64,000 bases of DNA from Halobacteriovoraceae bacterium. Its GTDB lineage: Bacteria > Bdellovibrionota > Bacteriovoracia > Bacteriovoracales > Bacteriovoracaceae. Positions 48,850-59,501 of this stretch are shown here, one piece after another (within the stretch, counting starts at the first letter, position 1; every line of letters begins with the position of its first letter). The translations under genes and the position numbers were made by a program. Location: the NCBI GenBank assembly GCA_040382195.1, contig JBEIFX010000002.1, forward strand, positions 42,006-106,005, in the 5' to 3' direction. The notes beneath the pieces were generated by a model. It searched no databases and had not been told where the DNA came from. It saw nothing but the letters and a program-made list of their open reading frames with translations.

Positions 48850-50178
48850 ATGACTTTATTAAAGCAATATATCCTGAGGTGCTACTTTAGCATTTTTAAC
48901 TTAATCACTTCCAACTATAAGATCAAGAATGGCAATGAGCTTAGACAGATCCACTCTGTTTTGATTTTTCTCATCGTTTCTGCACCCATTTTAACTGCGT
49001 ACGTTATAAATTTTTTCCTCCATATGGAAAATAAAATTCCTGCTCTTGTTGGATTAATAACAAGTTCAATTCACCTTTCGTTGCCGCTGTTATATTTGCT
49101 GACCCGAAACTCACTTCTTATAGGTACTATCGCCCTATCCGGTAGCTTTGTATTCCTCTCAACGTTCCTTATTTTCGAAGGGGGAATAAGTAATCCTTTG
49201 GTCATTTGGTTTGGAATATTTCCTCTTTTCCCAGGGACCATATGTGAACGTAACATCATTATGAAGTGGATCTACATTTCACTCGCCTTCATAATAACTT
49301 TTTCATTTCTTTCCTACTTCAGTTTTACATTTCAAGAATCTCTCACGAATCGGGGAAAAGAAATTAATCAGATGATTCTCATATTTGGTATTCTCATCAT
49401 CAATATTACGGTGATTTTAGTCTATAAAAGTTTGCAGCAAAGAACTGAACAAGAGCTCCATCGTCAAAATTCTCGGGCAGATGATCTGTTCAGGGTTCTA
49501 TTCCATGATCTTGCAAATCCCCTGGGACGCATGTCAATTGGACTATCGATCGCCAAGAGAGCGATGCCCGATATGACACATCGAGGCATTGAAATAGCTT
49601 CACAGGCATCTGATAATATGATGAAAATAACTAAAAATATTAGAAAGATGTATGCCATAAGCCGTGGGAAGGCAAACATTGAGATTAGCTACACTTCCCT
49701 TAAGAAGTCATTAGACTTAATTCAGGAATACTTTAAAAGTGATCTAGAGAAAAAAAGAATAAATCTTCATTTTAATATCTTTGATAGTCAGGACGTTTAT
49801 CTGTTAGTCGATAATGAGAGTTTTAAACACCAAGTGTTGGGAAACATTCTTTCAAACGCTGTAAGATTTTCTCCCCCGGGAAGTAACATCTGGATCAAAA
49901 TATTTTCTGCAAATGAACACCTTTTTGTTTTAGAAATACAGGATGAAGGTATTGGTATTCCCGAAACACTCAAAGATCATCTTTTTGATTTAAACAAAAA
50001 GACTACCCGGCCAGGTACTGATGGAGACACAGGCACTGGTCTTGGTCTTCACATCGTTAAGTCTTTTGTTGAAGCTTTTGGAGGAGAAATTTCTGTTTCA
50101 TCTAGAGTCACTAAAGATGTTGGGCCTTCAGGAACGACTATCAAACTGATTTTGCATGGAGAAAGAAGAATTTCTTAA
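48850..50178 (+). CDS. Membrane sensor histidine kinase (orphan)
   Basis: N-terminal TM bundle, HDLANPL, NILSNAVRFS, DEGIGI and GTGLGL. Confidence 0.92.
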   Translation: MTLLKQYILRCYFSIFNLITSNYKIKNGNELRQIHSVLIFLIVSAPILTAYVINFFLHMENKIPALVGLITSSIHLSLPLLYLLTRNSLLIGTIALSGSFVFLSTFLIFEGGISNPLVIWFGIFPLFPGTICERNIIMKWIYISLAFIITFSFLSYFSFTFQESLTNRGKEINQMILIFGILIINITVILVYKSLQQRTEQELHRQNSRADDLFRVLFHDLANPLGRMSIGLSIAKRAMPDMTHRGIEIASQASDNMMKITKNIRKMYAISRGKANIEISYTSLKKSLDLIQEYFKSDLEKKRINLHFNIFDSQDVYLLVDNESFKHQVLGNILSNAVRFSPPGSNIWIKIFSANEHLFVLEIQDEGIGIPETLKDHLFDLNKKTTRPGTDGDTGTGLGLHIVKSFVEAFGGEISVSSRVTKDVGPSGTTIKLILHGERRIS

Positions 50179-51347
50179 CGGGAAACAGGAACATATATTT
50201 TCTTAAGTCCTCGCAAAGGAAAAGGCTTGTTCTGAAATTCCAGATCTTTTTTCTTAAGCCAAAGCATATCAGGCCTAGTTTCTGAAATCCACTCACCACC
50301 TATGATTTCACCAATAGAATTTAATTCTAAAACATACTCGTAATTTTTTGTTGCGAACATCTGCGAAGGCGTAGCAGTAACTGGGTTTTTTGAAACAAAC
50401 CCTAGTTCGCCGCTCCTAGAAGATTCTTCATCGAAAAAATTAAGCTCATCGGCATAAGTCATTGTGGTCAACAATCGTATCTTTTTAAATATTCCATTTG
50501 ATTTATCCTGCTCTGATATCTCCTGCTCAGATACAACGCTAGCGTCATAGCCAGTTACTGGTTGATTCCAGACATCGTTGTAGCGATCAACATCAGCAAC
50601 AAATCCCTGGGAATGAATACCAATCATTGTTGCCAATATGATGTGAAATGTCCCTGCATTAACATCCTGGCAACCTGGACGGTCCCTTTTCCATCTGGAA
50701 GGGACGTCAACATTTCCATCCTCAGGTAGTTCTTCACCTAATACTTTTCCTTTGGCAAAACAGCGATCCCCTACCCTGACATAAAAACCTTTGGAGTTAT
50801 AAGCATCATGCATCGAAAGAAGCGCCTTCACATCAGAAGACCCGAAAGGTACTGTTATCCCATCAGCGTTTTTTACAAAAGATTTATCTGGCTCTGGATA
50901 ATGTGAAGCTGCTAATGCCCATCCATGACAGATGCCCTCCCACCAAAGATCCTTTGGTGAATACTCACTGAGAACTTTTCTAGTAAGTGAATAAGAGTAA
51001 TCTCCCATGGCGATGTCATAAAGTTCCGCGGGAGAAAGCTGAGAGAGCTGTTCCTCTGATAATGCCAAAAGTTCATCTTTAGAATAGGTCCTGAAGATAA
51101 AAGGCATTGGAGTCGGGTGATTCCAGCGAAAAGCAATTCCTCCCTTATTCGAAGGCCAGTATGTTTCTGACCATCCGAAACGATCATCAACTAAAGAAGC
51201 CTTGAGTGGAAGTGAAGAAAACTTAGTGACAACTTTACTATCAATCACAGCATTAAAAATTTCAGGATTGTTAGAGCGATTCCATTTCGAACCATAGGCA
51301 TTAAATAAAACCATAAAAGAAAGTAGGGTGAAATGAAATTTCATCAT
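50175..51347 (-). CDS. Secreted transglutaminase-elicitor family protein (oomycete GP42-like)
   Basis: Signal peptide, YWPS..GGI, WWEGICHGWA (catalytic Cys), NAGTFH, VWNQPV and YEYVLEL...GEIIGGEW. Confidence 0.8.
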   Translation of the reverse strand: MMKFHFTLLSFMVLFNAYGSKWNRSNNPEIFNAVIDSKVVTKFSSLPLKASLVDDRFGWSETYWPSNKGGIAFRWNHPTPMPFIFRTYSKDELLALSEEQLSQLSPAELYDIAMGDYSYSLTRKVLSEYSPKDLWWEGICHGWALAASHYPEPDKSFVKNADGITVPFGSSDVKALLSMHDAYNSKGFYVRVGDRCFAKGKVLGEELPEDGNVDVPSRWKRDRPGCQDVNAGTFHIILATMIGIHSQGFVADVDRYNDVWNQPVTGYDASVVSEQEISEQDKSNGIFKKIRLLTTMTYADELNFFDEESSRSGELGFVSKNPVTATPSQMFATKNYEYVLELNSIGEIIGGEWISETRPDMLWLKKKDLEFQNKPFPLRGLKKIYVPVSR

Positions 51348-51485
51348 GCTGGACCTCGAACTAAAATATGAACGTCAAACTAGAGCAATGAGTTCAAAAT
51401 ATCAAGCTGAGGGGAATTTTTTACAGGTGAACAATTGCAATAAAATCAAGCCCTTAACTGGGTCAACCTAAGCTAGTGAGTTGAA

Positions 51486-53072
51486 TTAGTCCAGCCCCAG
51501 GAATTGATCATAAGTACATTCCTCATCACGAATATTTTTATCATCAATAAAAATCACTCTATTAGCGATAGTTTGAATGAACTCATGATCATGCGAAGTG
51601 AACAGCAAGGTACCCTTGAAATCAATGAGGCCATCGTTGACCGCCGTGATCGTCTCAAGATCCAGATGATTGGTGGGATTATCCATAACTAGGACATTAG
51701 AACCAGAAAGCATGATCTTTGAAAGCATGCAGCGAACTTTCTCACCGCCTGATAGAACATTACATCTTTTTAAGGCCTCTTCACCGGAAAAAAGCATCCT
51801 TCCCAAAAAGCCCCTGAGAAATGTTTCCGTTTGATCTTTGGAGTAATTACGGAGCCAGTTAATCAGATCAAGTGATGAGTCTTGGAAGTACTGGGAGTTA
51901 TCATTGGGAAGATAGGATTTCGTGGTAGTAATTCCCCACTCGATTTTTCCAGAATCAGGTGTGATCTCACCCATTAAGGCGCGAAAAAGTGTCGTTGTTA
52001 CAACCTCGGATTTGGCGAGAAAGACTACTTTCTGGCCTTTTTTAATGATAAAAGAAACGTTATTAAGGATCTTCTCCCCTTCAACACTTACCGAAAGACC
52101 TTCGACCTTTAAAAGCTGGTCGCCGGCTTCACGGTCAGGCTTAAAACCAACGTAAGGGTACCGTCGTGAAGAGGGCTGAATGTCCTCAAGAGTCAATTTT
52201 TCTAAGTGTTTTTTTCGAGAAGTTGCCTGCTTCGACTTAGAAGCATTGGCAGAGAAGCGTTGAATAAACTCCTTTAGCTCCTTCATTTTATCTTCGGTTT
52301 TCTTATTCTGATCGGAAATCATCCTTTGAGCAAGCTGACTGGACTTGTACCAAAAATCATAGTTTCCTGCAAAAAGCTTAATCTTGGAAAAATCAATATC
52401 ACAGATGTGAGTGCAAACCTTATTCAGAAAATGCCTGTCGTGTGATACAACGAGAATCGTCGTATCAGACTGTTCCATAATGAAATTCTCTAGCCACTGT
52501 ATAGCCTTAAGATCAAGGTCATTAGTAGGCTCATCTAAAAGAAGTATTTCAGGCTTACCGAAAAGTGCTTGGGCGAGGAGAACCTTAACCTTTTCACCGC
52601 CGGTAAGTTCCTTCATTTTTTTTAGGTGAAGTTCTTCTTCGATTCCTAGACCCGCCAGAAGACTAGCGGCATTCGCATCAGCTTCCCAGCCATTCATCTC
52701 GGAAAAAATTCCTTCTAGCTCTGCCGCCCTCTCACCGTCTTTATCAGTGAAATTTTCCTTGGCATAGATTTCCTCTTTCTCCTTCATCACTTCCACAAGT
52801 CGAGAGTGGCCAAGGATCACTGTCCGAAGAACCTCTTCTTCCTCAAAAGCAAAGTGATTTTGTTTCAAAACAGCAAGTCGTTCACCTGGATTAATCTCAA
52901 CATGTCCTCCGGTCGGAGTTATTTCCCCAGCGAGAATTTTCAGGAAGGTTGACTTACCTGCCCCATTGGCGCCAATGATCCCATAACAGTTGCCAGGGAT
53001 AAATTTTAAGTTCACATCATCAAAAAGTGTACGGCCTCCAAATTGGAGACGAAGATTATGAGTTGCCAGCAT
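51486..53072 (-). CDS. ABC-F family ATPase (YbiT-like)
   Basis: GANGAGKST, LTGGEK, LDEPTN, SKQATSRKK linker, LSGGEKVR and MDNPTNHLD. Confidence 0.92.
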   Translation of the reverse strand: MLATHNLRLQFGGRTLFDDVNLKFIPGNCYGIIGANGAGKSTFLKILAGEITPTGGHVEINPGERLAVLKQNHFAFEEEEVLRTVILGHSRLVEVMKEKEEIYAKENFTDKDGERAAELEGIFSEMNGWEADANAASLLAGLGIEEELHLKKMKELTGGEKVKVLLAQALFGKPEILLLDEPTNDLDLKAIQWLENFIMEQSDTTILVVSHDRHFLNKVCTHICDIDFSKIKLFAGNYDFWYKSSQLAQRMISDQNKKTEDKMKELKEFIQRFSANASKSKQATSRKKHLEKLTLEDIQPSSRRYPYVGFKPDREAGDQLLKVEGLSVSVEGEKILNNVSFIIKKGQKVVFLAKSEVVTTTLFRALMGEITPDSGKIEWGITTTKSYLPNDNSQYFQDSSLDLINWLRNYSKDQTETFLRGFLGRMLFSGEEALKRCNVLSGGEKVRCMLSKIMLSGSNVLVMDNPTNHLDLETITAVNDGLIDFKGTLLFTSHDHEFIQTIANRVIFIDDKNIRDEECTYDQFLGLD

Positions 53073-53136
53073 TGATACCTCGAATTGAGATCTAACTTAG
53101 CATACAAAAATCGGTTCGAAGAGAGGGGGTGTTAAA

Positions 53137-53736
53137 TTATTCTTGTTGGGAAGAAGATTCCATAAATTCATCGTAGGAATCACGAACTGCTTCGTAGTGA
53201 GGGCCTAAAATCTCTTTTAGTTTTTCCTGGTGCTTATAGTCGAGTTGCTGAATCATCTGTTCAATTTCTTCGGAAGCCTCCTGAGTAGTCATACTGGATT
53301 TTTCACTCATGAGTCCGTCAATCATCACTTTGTAGCTTTCTTGTTCCTGAAGGTAGGAGCGATGAATGTCATCTCCATCCGCGGGCTCAAGACGATTCAG
53401 TATTTGCTTAAGCTCCCCATGCCAGCTCTCTTCTATATCAGACATCTGAACTTCTTCGACTTCTTCAAGAGTTGCAGATGCAGCCGGAGAACGGTCCCCC
53501 TCTTCGTCGCTAAGAAACTCAGTAGAGTCTTCATCAGCTTCTGTTGAAAAGGCAGGGCTCTCTGTCGTTTCAGGTGACACTGATTTTCTAGGTGGCTCAA
53601 CTGTTAAAATTCGCTCAATTCTGTCGGGAGCACTCGCCTTTATAGCGATTGTATCCACTTCGTGACCTTGATCAGGACTGGTTGAAAAGAAATAAAGGGG
53701 AGAGAGAAAGAGAACGGTTAAGAAAAGAATTCTCAT
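53137..53736 (-). CDS. Acidic membrane-anchored or secreted hypothetical protein
   Basis: N-terminal hydrophobic segment, Glu/Asp/Ser-rich linker and helical C-terminus. Confidence 0.7.
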   Translation of the reverse strand: MRILFLTVLFLSPLYFFSTSPDQGHEVDTIAIKASAPDRIERILTVEPPRKSVSPETTESPAFSTEADEDSTEFLSDEEGDRSPAASATLEEVEEVQMSDIEESWHGELKQILNRLEPADGDDIHRSYLQEQESYKVMIDGLMSEKSSMTTQEASEEIEQMIQQLDYKHQEKLKEILGPHYEAVRDSYDEFMESSSQQE

Positions 53737-53808
53737 GAATGTAAGTATAAATTCTTTTAAAAAAGAAACAAACGAGGCTGACTCTAGGTTAATTTTGGAA
53801 AAGATTGC

Positions 53809-55740
53809 CTAGGAATTGTGCTTAGTTTCCATCATGGCCCACTCTTCAAAGAGAGATTCGAGCATTTTCTCCTCCTCTGACACGCTGGACTCTACTCTCT
53901 GGATTTTCTCTATTATGGACTTATCCAGAGAGGAATAATCAGCTTTTTCCAACTCTGCTCTTAATCTCTCGAGGTTCGACTCGTGGATTTCAATCAAACG
54001 TGGCAGCTCTTCAAAGCGATTTTTTTCTTTGTTAGTGAGTTTGGTCGTTGTGTCTGCTCTAAAGGATGAGATTTCCTTGGGTGCCTTTTTTTTAAGCTCC
54101 ATTTCAAGACGAATCGCTTCAAGGAAAAGCTCTGCCTGGGCAAAGCCCGCCTCAAAATTTTCGAGTTTTCCCTCGTGGATAACCCAGCACTTATCAGTGA
54201 CGTTATTAATGAATGAACGGTCGTGGCCCACGACGATAAGCGCACCTTCATAATTGCGTAGTTCCTCTTCGAGGATACCGATAGTTTCAAGATCAAGATC
54301 ATTGGTAGGCTCATCAAATATCCAAATGTCACGAGCATGCTTCATAAATTGAGCTAGCTGAAGTCGATTTTTTTCACCACCAGAGAAAGTATGAATTGGG
54401 CGTTTAATCTCATCTGAACTAAATAGAAAATTCTCCAGATAGCTTGCAACATGGCGTTTGTCGCCCGTGTTGGAAATCACATAGTCTATCCCATCTCCAA
54501 TCATATCCCAAGGGGTCATGGAATTATTAAGAGCCTCTCGTTTCTGTGAAAAATAACCCACATCTAGATTATGGGCACGAGTGACTTTCCCATAAGTTTG
54601 TTCAAGTTCTCCAAGAAGAATTTTTAAAAGAGAGCTCTTGCCTACCCCGTTTCTTCCAAGGAGGGCAATCTTATCACCTTTGGCAACAGAAAAACTAATG
54701 CCATCAAAGAGGGACTTTTCGCCAAAATTTAAGGAGAGATCTTCCGCAGAAAGAAGAATCTTCGTTTTTCTCCCGGAAGCTTGAAGGTTAAGATTGACGG
54801 ATTTATGCGCCTGAGACTTAAGATCCTGTATGGTTTTTGATAACGAGCCATAGTCATCAATGCGCTTTTTACTTTTGGTTCTTCGTGCCTGAACCCCACG
54901 TCGAATCCAAGCGGTCTCTCGACGATGCTGGTTAGAGAGTTTATCAAGTTCTTTTTCTCGACGCTTCTGTTCTTCAATTAGAAAAGAGAGATAAGCCTCA
55001 TAAGTACCACTGAAGGAGCGAAGCTTACCGCCTTGAATGTGGATGATCCGGTCAACGACATTATTAAGCAAGCTCCTGTCGTGGGAAATAATCATAAAAG
55101 TCTTCTTACTGCTTTGAAGCTCGTCTTCAAAATCTTGAATTGTTTCAAGATCTAAGTGATTTGTTGGCTCATCCCAAAGGATCAGTTCTTGAGGAGCAGA
55201 GAGTCCAAGACTTAAAGCAATCTTTCGTTGTTCCCCCCCTGATAGAGAAGACATGTTTCTCTCATGGTTTTCAACGCCAAAATATTTTAAGTAGCTCGTA
55301 TATTGAGAATGGAGCTTATCTTCCCCAAGTTCATGCAATTGACCTAAAAGTTTTTCCTGCTCATTAATGAGCTTATCGAAGTCGCCTTCTCCTCGTCCAA
55401 GTTTATCGTTAACTTCATCTAAACGTCGCTTTAATGCTCCCATCTTTGGATGAAACTCAAAAAAATAATTTTCTATTGTCCAAGCGTCAAGATTTGGAAG
55501 CTCCTGAGGAACATAGAAAAAACTAAAATCTCGGCCTTTGTCAAAAATAAATGGTGGAACTGTTGTATCCGGAGTCACTAAACCTGCGATGACTTTAAAA
55601 AGAGAGGACTTCCCGTGACCATTTAGGCCCAAGACTCCGATTTTATCACCTTGGTTTAAGGTAAAAGTTACGTTCTTAAAAATGACCTTATGTGGGAAGT
55701 GGAGACTTAAATTTTGAAGTGTCAGGAGTGTTGTAGACAT
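53809..55740 (-). CDS. uup: ABC-F family ATPase Uup
   Basis: GLNGHGKSS, LSGGEQRK, GVQARRTKSK linker, GRNGVGKSS, FSGGEKNR and C-terminal coiled coil KLTNKEKNRFE. Confidence 0.88.
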   Translation of the reverse strand: MSTTLLTLQNLSLHFPHKVIFKNVTFTLNQGDKIGVLGLNGHGKSSLFKVIAGLVTPDTTVPPFIFDKGRDFSFFYVPQELPNLDAWTIENYFFEFHPKMGALKRRLDEVNDKLGRGEGDFDKLINEQEKLLGQLHELGEDKLHSQYTSYLKYFGVENHERNMSSLSGGEQRKIALSLGLSAPQELILWDEPTNHLDLETIQDFEDELQSSKKTFMIISHDRSLLNNVVDRIIHIQGGKLRSFSGTYEAYLSFLIEEQKRREKELDKLSNQHRRETAWIRRGVQARRTKSKKRIDDYGSLSKTIQDLKSQAHKSVNLNLQASGRKTKILLSAEDLSLNFGEKSLFDGISFSVAKGDKIALLGRNGVGKSSLLKILLGELEQTYGKVTRAHNLDVGYFSQKREALNNSMTPWDMIGDGIDYVISNTGDKRHVASYLENFLFSSDEIKRPIHTFSGGEKNRLQLAQFMKHARDIWIFDEPTNDLDLETIGILEEELRNYEGALIVVGHDRSFINNVTDKCWVIHEGKLENFEAGFAQAELFLEAIRLEMELKKKAPKEISSFRADTTTKLTNKEKNRFEELPRLIEIHESNLERLRAELEKADYSSLDKSIIEKIQRVESSVSEEEKMLESLFEEWAMMETKHNS

Positions 55741-55767
55741 GAGGTCATTGTACCCTCCTCGCGAGAC

Positions 55768-57606
55768 TTAGCCAAAGAGTTCTTTCATGGTTTCAAACAT
55801 CTTCATTTTTGAGAGATAATTTTTTATGAATACTTTATTCTCAGGTTTATACCAGAAAAAGAAAGTTCTCTGCTTTGTTTTCTCATCAAGAGAAATCGCC
55901 GTGTGGACTTTCTTTAGGGTATAGGGATGATGGCCAGAGTAATAAATTTCAGTCGCAACCGTCATGGGAGTTGGCGTGAAGTCCTGTACCTGCTCTAATT
56001 TATAACCTAATGCCTTGGTTTTTGCGGCAAGTTTCGCCATATCCTCTGGAGTGCACCCGGGGTGCGATGAGATGAAATATGGAATGATCTCCTGCTTAAT
56101 TCCTTTTTTCCTGGAAATCGCCTCAAATTTTTCCTTAAACTGATGAAAAAAACTAAAACTCGGCTTCCGCATGAGCTTTAATACCTCATCCTCTGTATGC
56201 TCAGGTGCAACTTTGAGGCGGCCTGACACGTGGTGGGTGATAAGTTGTTCGACGTAGACTTCATCCTCCTTGGGATGGGTTGAGCGGGGGTCAAACATAA
56301 GATCATAACGAAGGCCTGAGCTTACGAAAGCTTTCTTGACTTTCTTATGAGCATTAATTTCTTTGTAAAGATCAGTCATCTTTTGTGGATTAGTGTCAAG
56401 ATTCTTACAAATTTGAGGGAATATGCAAGAAGGGGCCGCACATTTATCACAAAGGTCCTGATCGATACCTTTCCTCTGATACATGTTTGCCGAAGGTCCA
56501 CCGATATCGGAAATGTAACCCCTAAAATCCGGCATCTTCGTAACGACATCGAGCTCCTTTAAAATGGATTTTTTTGAACGACTAGCTATCATTTTCCCCT
56601 GATGGGCGGAAATGGTGCAGAAGCTACAACCCCCAAAGCATCCACGGTGGGTATTGATGGAGAATTTAATCATTTCAAAAGCGGCAATTGGGCCACGGTC
56701 TTTATATTTTGGATGCGGAAGACGAGTATAAGGAAGATCAAAAGAGGCATCTATTTCATTTTCTGTCATCGTCTGATAAGGAGGATTGATCACTAGAATC
56801 TTATCATTAATTTTTTGAATCAACCGCTTAGCAAACTGTTTATTGCTCTCCACTTCTACATGCATGAAATTTTTAGCGTAGGCTTTTTTATCAGATAGGC
56901 AATCTTCATGAGAAGTGAGCTCAAAATTTTCCCACTGCTTATTTTTAGGAATTTCTAGCTCCCTTGACTGAACGAAGGCGGTTTGAGGAATAGTTTTGAG
57001 TGATGAAAAAGGTGTCCCGCGCACCAGATACTTTACAATATCTCTAATCGGTTGCTCCCCCATGCCGTAAACCAGGAGGTCGGCCCCGGACCAAGAGAGG
57101 ATATTGGGCATAAGTTGATTTTTCCAGAAATCAAAATGAGTCACTCTTCTTAGAGAAGCTTCGATTCCGCCGATAATGACGGGAGTATCCGGGTAGAGCT
57201 TTTTTAGAATTTGAGTGTACTCAACTGTGGCATAATCCGGTCTGAAGTCAACAGATCCACCAGGAGTGTAGGCATCAGTGGAGCGAAGACGCTTTCCGGC
57301 GGTGTATTTATTAACCATGGAATCCATGTTGCCGGATGTGACTCCAAAGAAATATTTGGGTTTGCCAAATTTTTTAAAGTCTCGTAGATCATCCCGCCAG
57401 TTGGGCTGAGCGATGATGGCAACTTTTAAACCTAGAGATTCAAAGATTCTTCCCATAACGGCGGCGCCAAAGGCTGGATGGTCTACGTAGGCATCTCCGG
57501 TTATAAGTATTACGTCGAGTTCATCCCAGCCTCGCTTCTTTGCTTCCTTTAAAGTTGTCGGGAGCCATGCCGTGATCGGCAGCTCTTGAGGAACAATTTT
57601 ATCCAT
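55768..57606 (-). CDS. ygiQ: YgiQ family radical SAM protein (UPF0313)
   Basis: GDAYVDHPAFG, GGIEASLRR, HRGCFGGCSFC, GGPSANMY, PYFISSHPG and QVQDFTPTP. Confidence 0.93.
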   Translation of the reverse strand: MDKIVPQELPITAWLPTTLKEAKKRGWDELDVILITGDAYVDHPAFGAAVMGRIFESLGLKVAIIAQPNWRDDLRDFKKFGKPKYFFGVTSGNMDSMVNKYTAGKRLRSTDAYTPGGSVDFRPDYATVEYTQILKKLYPDTPVIIGGIEASLRRVTHFDFWKNQLMPNILSWSGADLLVYGMGEQPIRDIVKYLVRGTPFSSLKTIPQTAFVQSRELEIPKNKQWENFELTSHEDCLSDKKAYAKNFMHVEVESNKQFAKRLIQKINDKILVINPPYQTMTENEIDASFDLPYTRLPHPKYKDRGPIAAFEMIKFSINTHRGCFGGCSFCTISAHQGKMIASRSKKSILKELDVVTKMPDFRGYISDIGGPSANMYQRKGIDQDLCDKCAAPSCIFPQICKNLDTNPQKMTDLYKEINAHKKVKKAFVSSGLRYDLMFDPRSTHPKEDEVYVEQLITHHVSGRLKVAPEHTEDEVLKLMRKPSFSFFHQFKEKFEAISRKKGIKQEIIPYFISSHPGCTPEDMAKLAAKTKALGYKLEQVQDFTPTPMTVATEIYYSGHHPYTLKKVHTAISLDEKTKQRTFFFWYKPENKVFIKNYLSKMKMFETMKELFG

Positions 57607-57782
57607 GCCGAGAACTTACCGGATCAATGAGTGGCCGACAAATGGACTGAAGACTTTACAGAGTTTTAGAGGATAAATGAGTGTGTGTGAGTTTGATTTT
57701 TCCGTAATTTCGGTGCTTTACACAGAGTTCAGGTGATTTCTGAGAGTGAAGTAATTACTGCGTATCACGCCAAAAGAGAAGA

Positions 57783-58355
57783 CTAAAGAAAGCGTCGATC
57801 AAGTTTAAATGAATCGGGCTTTTTTGCCTGAACTGTTTGGTAAAACTTCATGATCTGATTCATGTCAGATTCAAAGTTCCGGGGATAAATGATGTCTGCG
57901 ACACCGGCTTCCTTTTTTTTGTAATCAGCATATCCAAGAACGAGGGGAACACCTGCCTTCTGGGCTATATAATAAAAACCGGTTTTCCACGTCGGATTTG
58001 GAGAACGTGTGCCCTCTGGAGAAATCATTAGAACTAGTTCTGGGTAGAGGTGAAAGAGAGCGGCCATAAGATCGGTGTTACTCGCTTTTCCAAGCTCCTT
58101 TATTTTTTTTCGATCAAGGCCGATTGCCCCAGCTGGTGTTAGAAATAGATTTAAGGGGAACTTCATCCAATCATCCTTAATGACGAACTTGGCGTTTCGT
58201 TGAATCCTATGAATCAAGGCCATGGTTGGGATAAAATCATAATTCGAAGTATGGGGAGCGCCTATGAAGACAAAAGAACGCAGGTCTTCAGGAAGATCAA
58301 CCTTGAAGGTCCAACCGGACATTTTTAGGAAGAAAGTACAAACTTGTTTAATCAT
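57783..58355 (-). CDS. Lysophospholipid acyltransferase (PlsC-like)
   Basis: APHTSNYD, SPEGTR and WKTGFYYIA. Confidence 0.88.
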   Translation of the reverse strand: MIKQVCTFFLKMSGWTFKVDLPEDLRSFVFIGAPHTSNYDFIPTMALIHRIQRNAKFVIKDDWMKFPLNLFLTPAGAIGLDRKKIKELGKASNTDLMAALFHLYPELVLMISPEGTRSPNPTWKTGFYYIAQKAGVPLVLGYADYKKKEAGVADIIYPRNFESDMNQIMKFYQTVQAKKPDSFKLDRRFL

Positions 58356-58615
58356 TGTAATCCTTCATTAATAAGAAGCTCTTTTTTCTTTCGCGAAAGC
58401 TTTTTCACAATGGCTTCAAACTTCAAGGCCTCTGAGCGATTCGGAAATTGTTTCTTAAAAACCACTTTTTCAGGCCCACCGGTTTTAAAAAACTTGGCGC
58501 CCTTGTTTTTACTTCTATGTTCTTTAAACCTTCTTTCTATATCCGTCGTAATCCCTGTGTAGAAATGTCCTTTCACATTACTTATAATATAAACAAACCA
58601 AGCTTGCGCTTTCAT
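58352..58615 (-). CDS. GIY-YIG nuclease family protein (UPF0213/YhbQ)
   Basis: FVYI...FYTGITTDIERRF.EH...GAKF and RSEALKFE. Confidence 0.9.
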   Translation of the reverse strand: MKAQAWFVYIISNVKGHFYTGITTDIERRFKEHRSKNKGAKFFKTGGPEKVVFKKQFPNRSEALKFEAIVKKLSRKKKELLINEGLQ

Positions 58616-58633
58616 GCTATTATAATAGCAAGG

Positions 58634-59035
58634 ATGGATAAGATAAGAATACCTTTTTCAGAATTTATCATGAGTTACGCCAGAAGTTCCGGCGCTGGTG
58701 GACAAAACGTAAATAAGGTTAATTCAAAAGTCACTTTGACCTGGAATATTATAGACTCTCCCTCCTGCCAAGACGCTGTTAAAGAACGTTTCCGAACAAA
58801 ATTTAAACAGTTTGTTCTCGATAACGGACTAGTCCAAATCAGTTGTCAAGAAAGTCGATCGCAGAAGGTAAATCTTGATACCTGTATTGAAAGGCTCCAC
58901 AGTATGCTTAACCAGGTGCGATTTCCACCAAAAGCTAGAAAGGCCACAAAACCTAAAAGAAGTGCCATCTTAAAAAGACTCGAATCTAAAAAACTTGAAG
59001 GCGAAAAGAAACGGCTTAGGAGTAAACATTTCTAA
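58634..59035 (+). CDS. arfB: Alternative ribosome rescue aminoacyl-tRNA hydrolase
   Basis: RSSGAGGQNVNKVNS, ESRSQ, basic tail RKATKP...KRLRS. Start moved to the ATG at 58634. Confidence 0.93.
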   Translation: MDKIRIPFSEFIMSYARSSGAGGQNVNKVNSKVTLTWNIIDSPSCQDAVKERFRTKFKQFVLDNGLVQISCQESRSQKVNLDTCIERLHSMLNQVRFPPKARKATKPKRSAILKRLESKKLEGEKKRLRSKHF

Positions 59036-59156
59036 AATTCTTAGGATCCAAAAATTAACAAAGACTAAAAATACCGAGATATGATATTGCCAGCATCATC
59101 CATGCAGATTCATAAGTTCTCTAGCTTTAATCTTTAATGATGAGCTGATTTAAGTT

Positions 59157-59501
59157 TTAGTAGATAAGGCCGCAGTCTGGACACTCATGAAGAGTTGGTG
59201 AAAACTTAGCTCCACAGGCCTGACAAATCACTTCACTTGCTGATGGATCAAAAACCGCTGAGAGGTGTTCGAAATTCGGCTCATGGCCCGATACATGTTT
59301 TAAAAAGTCTTTTTTAAAATGAGTCTCCAATGCCACACGATCACTTTCTCTCCCCCATACTTCGACAGTGACTTTACAAGTTCCCATGGTGCAAGTCGAA
59401 GGATTAGACCTGAAATCGAGCCAAATACCTTGAGTTCTAAGTTTGAGCTGATGATTTTTTGCATCTTGAAGGTCCATGATTCCGAGAAATATTTCCATCA
59501 T
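59157..59501 (-). CDS. Hypothetical protein with C-terminal zinc ribbon
   Basis: CQACG...ECPDCGL. Confidence 0.75.
   Translation of the reverse strand: MMEIFLGIMDLQDAKNHQLKLRTQGIWLDFRSNPSTCTMGTCKVTVEVWGRESDRVALETHFKKDFLKHVSGHEPNFEHLSAVFDPSASEVICQACGAKFSPTLHECPDCGLIY

Noticed and set aside
57677-57736. 19-aa sORF MSVCEFDFSVISVLYTEFR behind GAGGA
   Set aside because: SD spacing is short, no promoter is evident, and it lies antisense within a co-oriented gene run.
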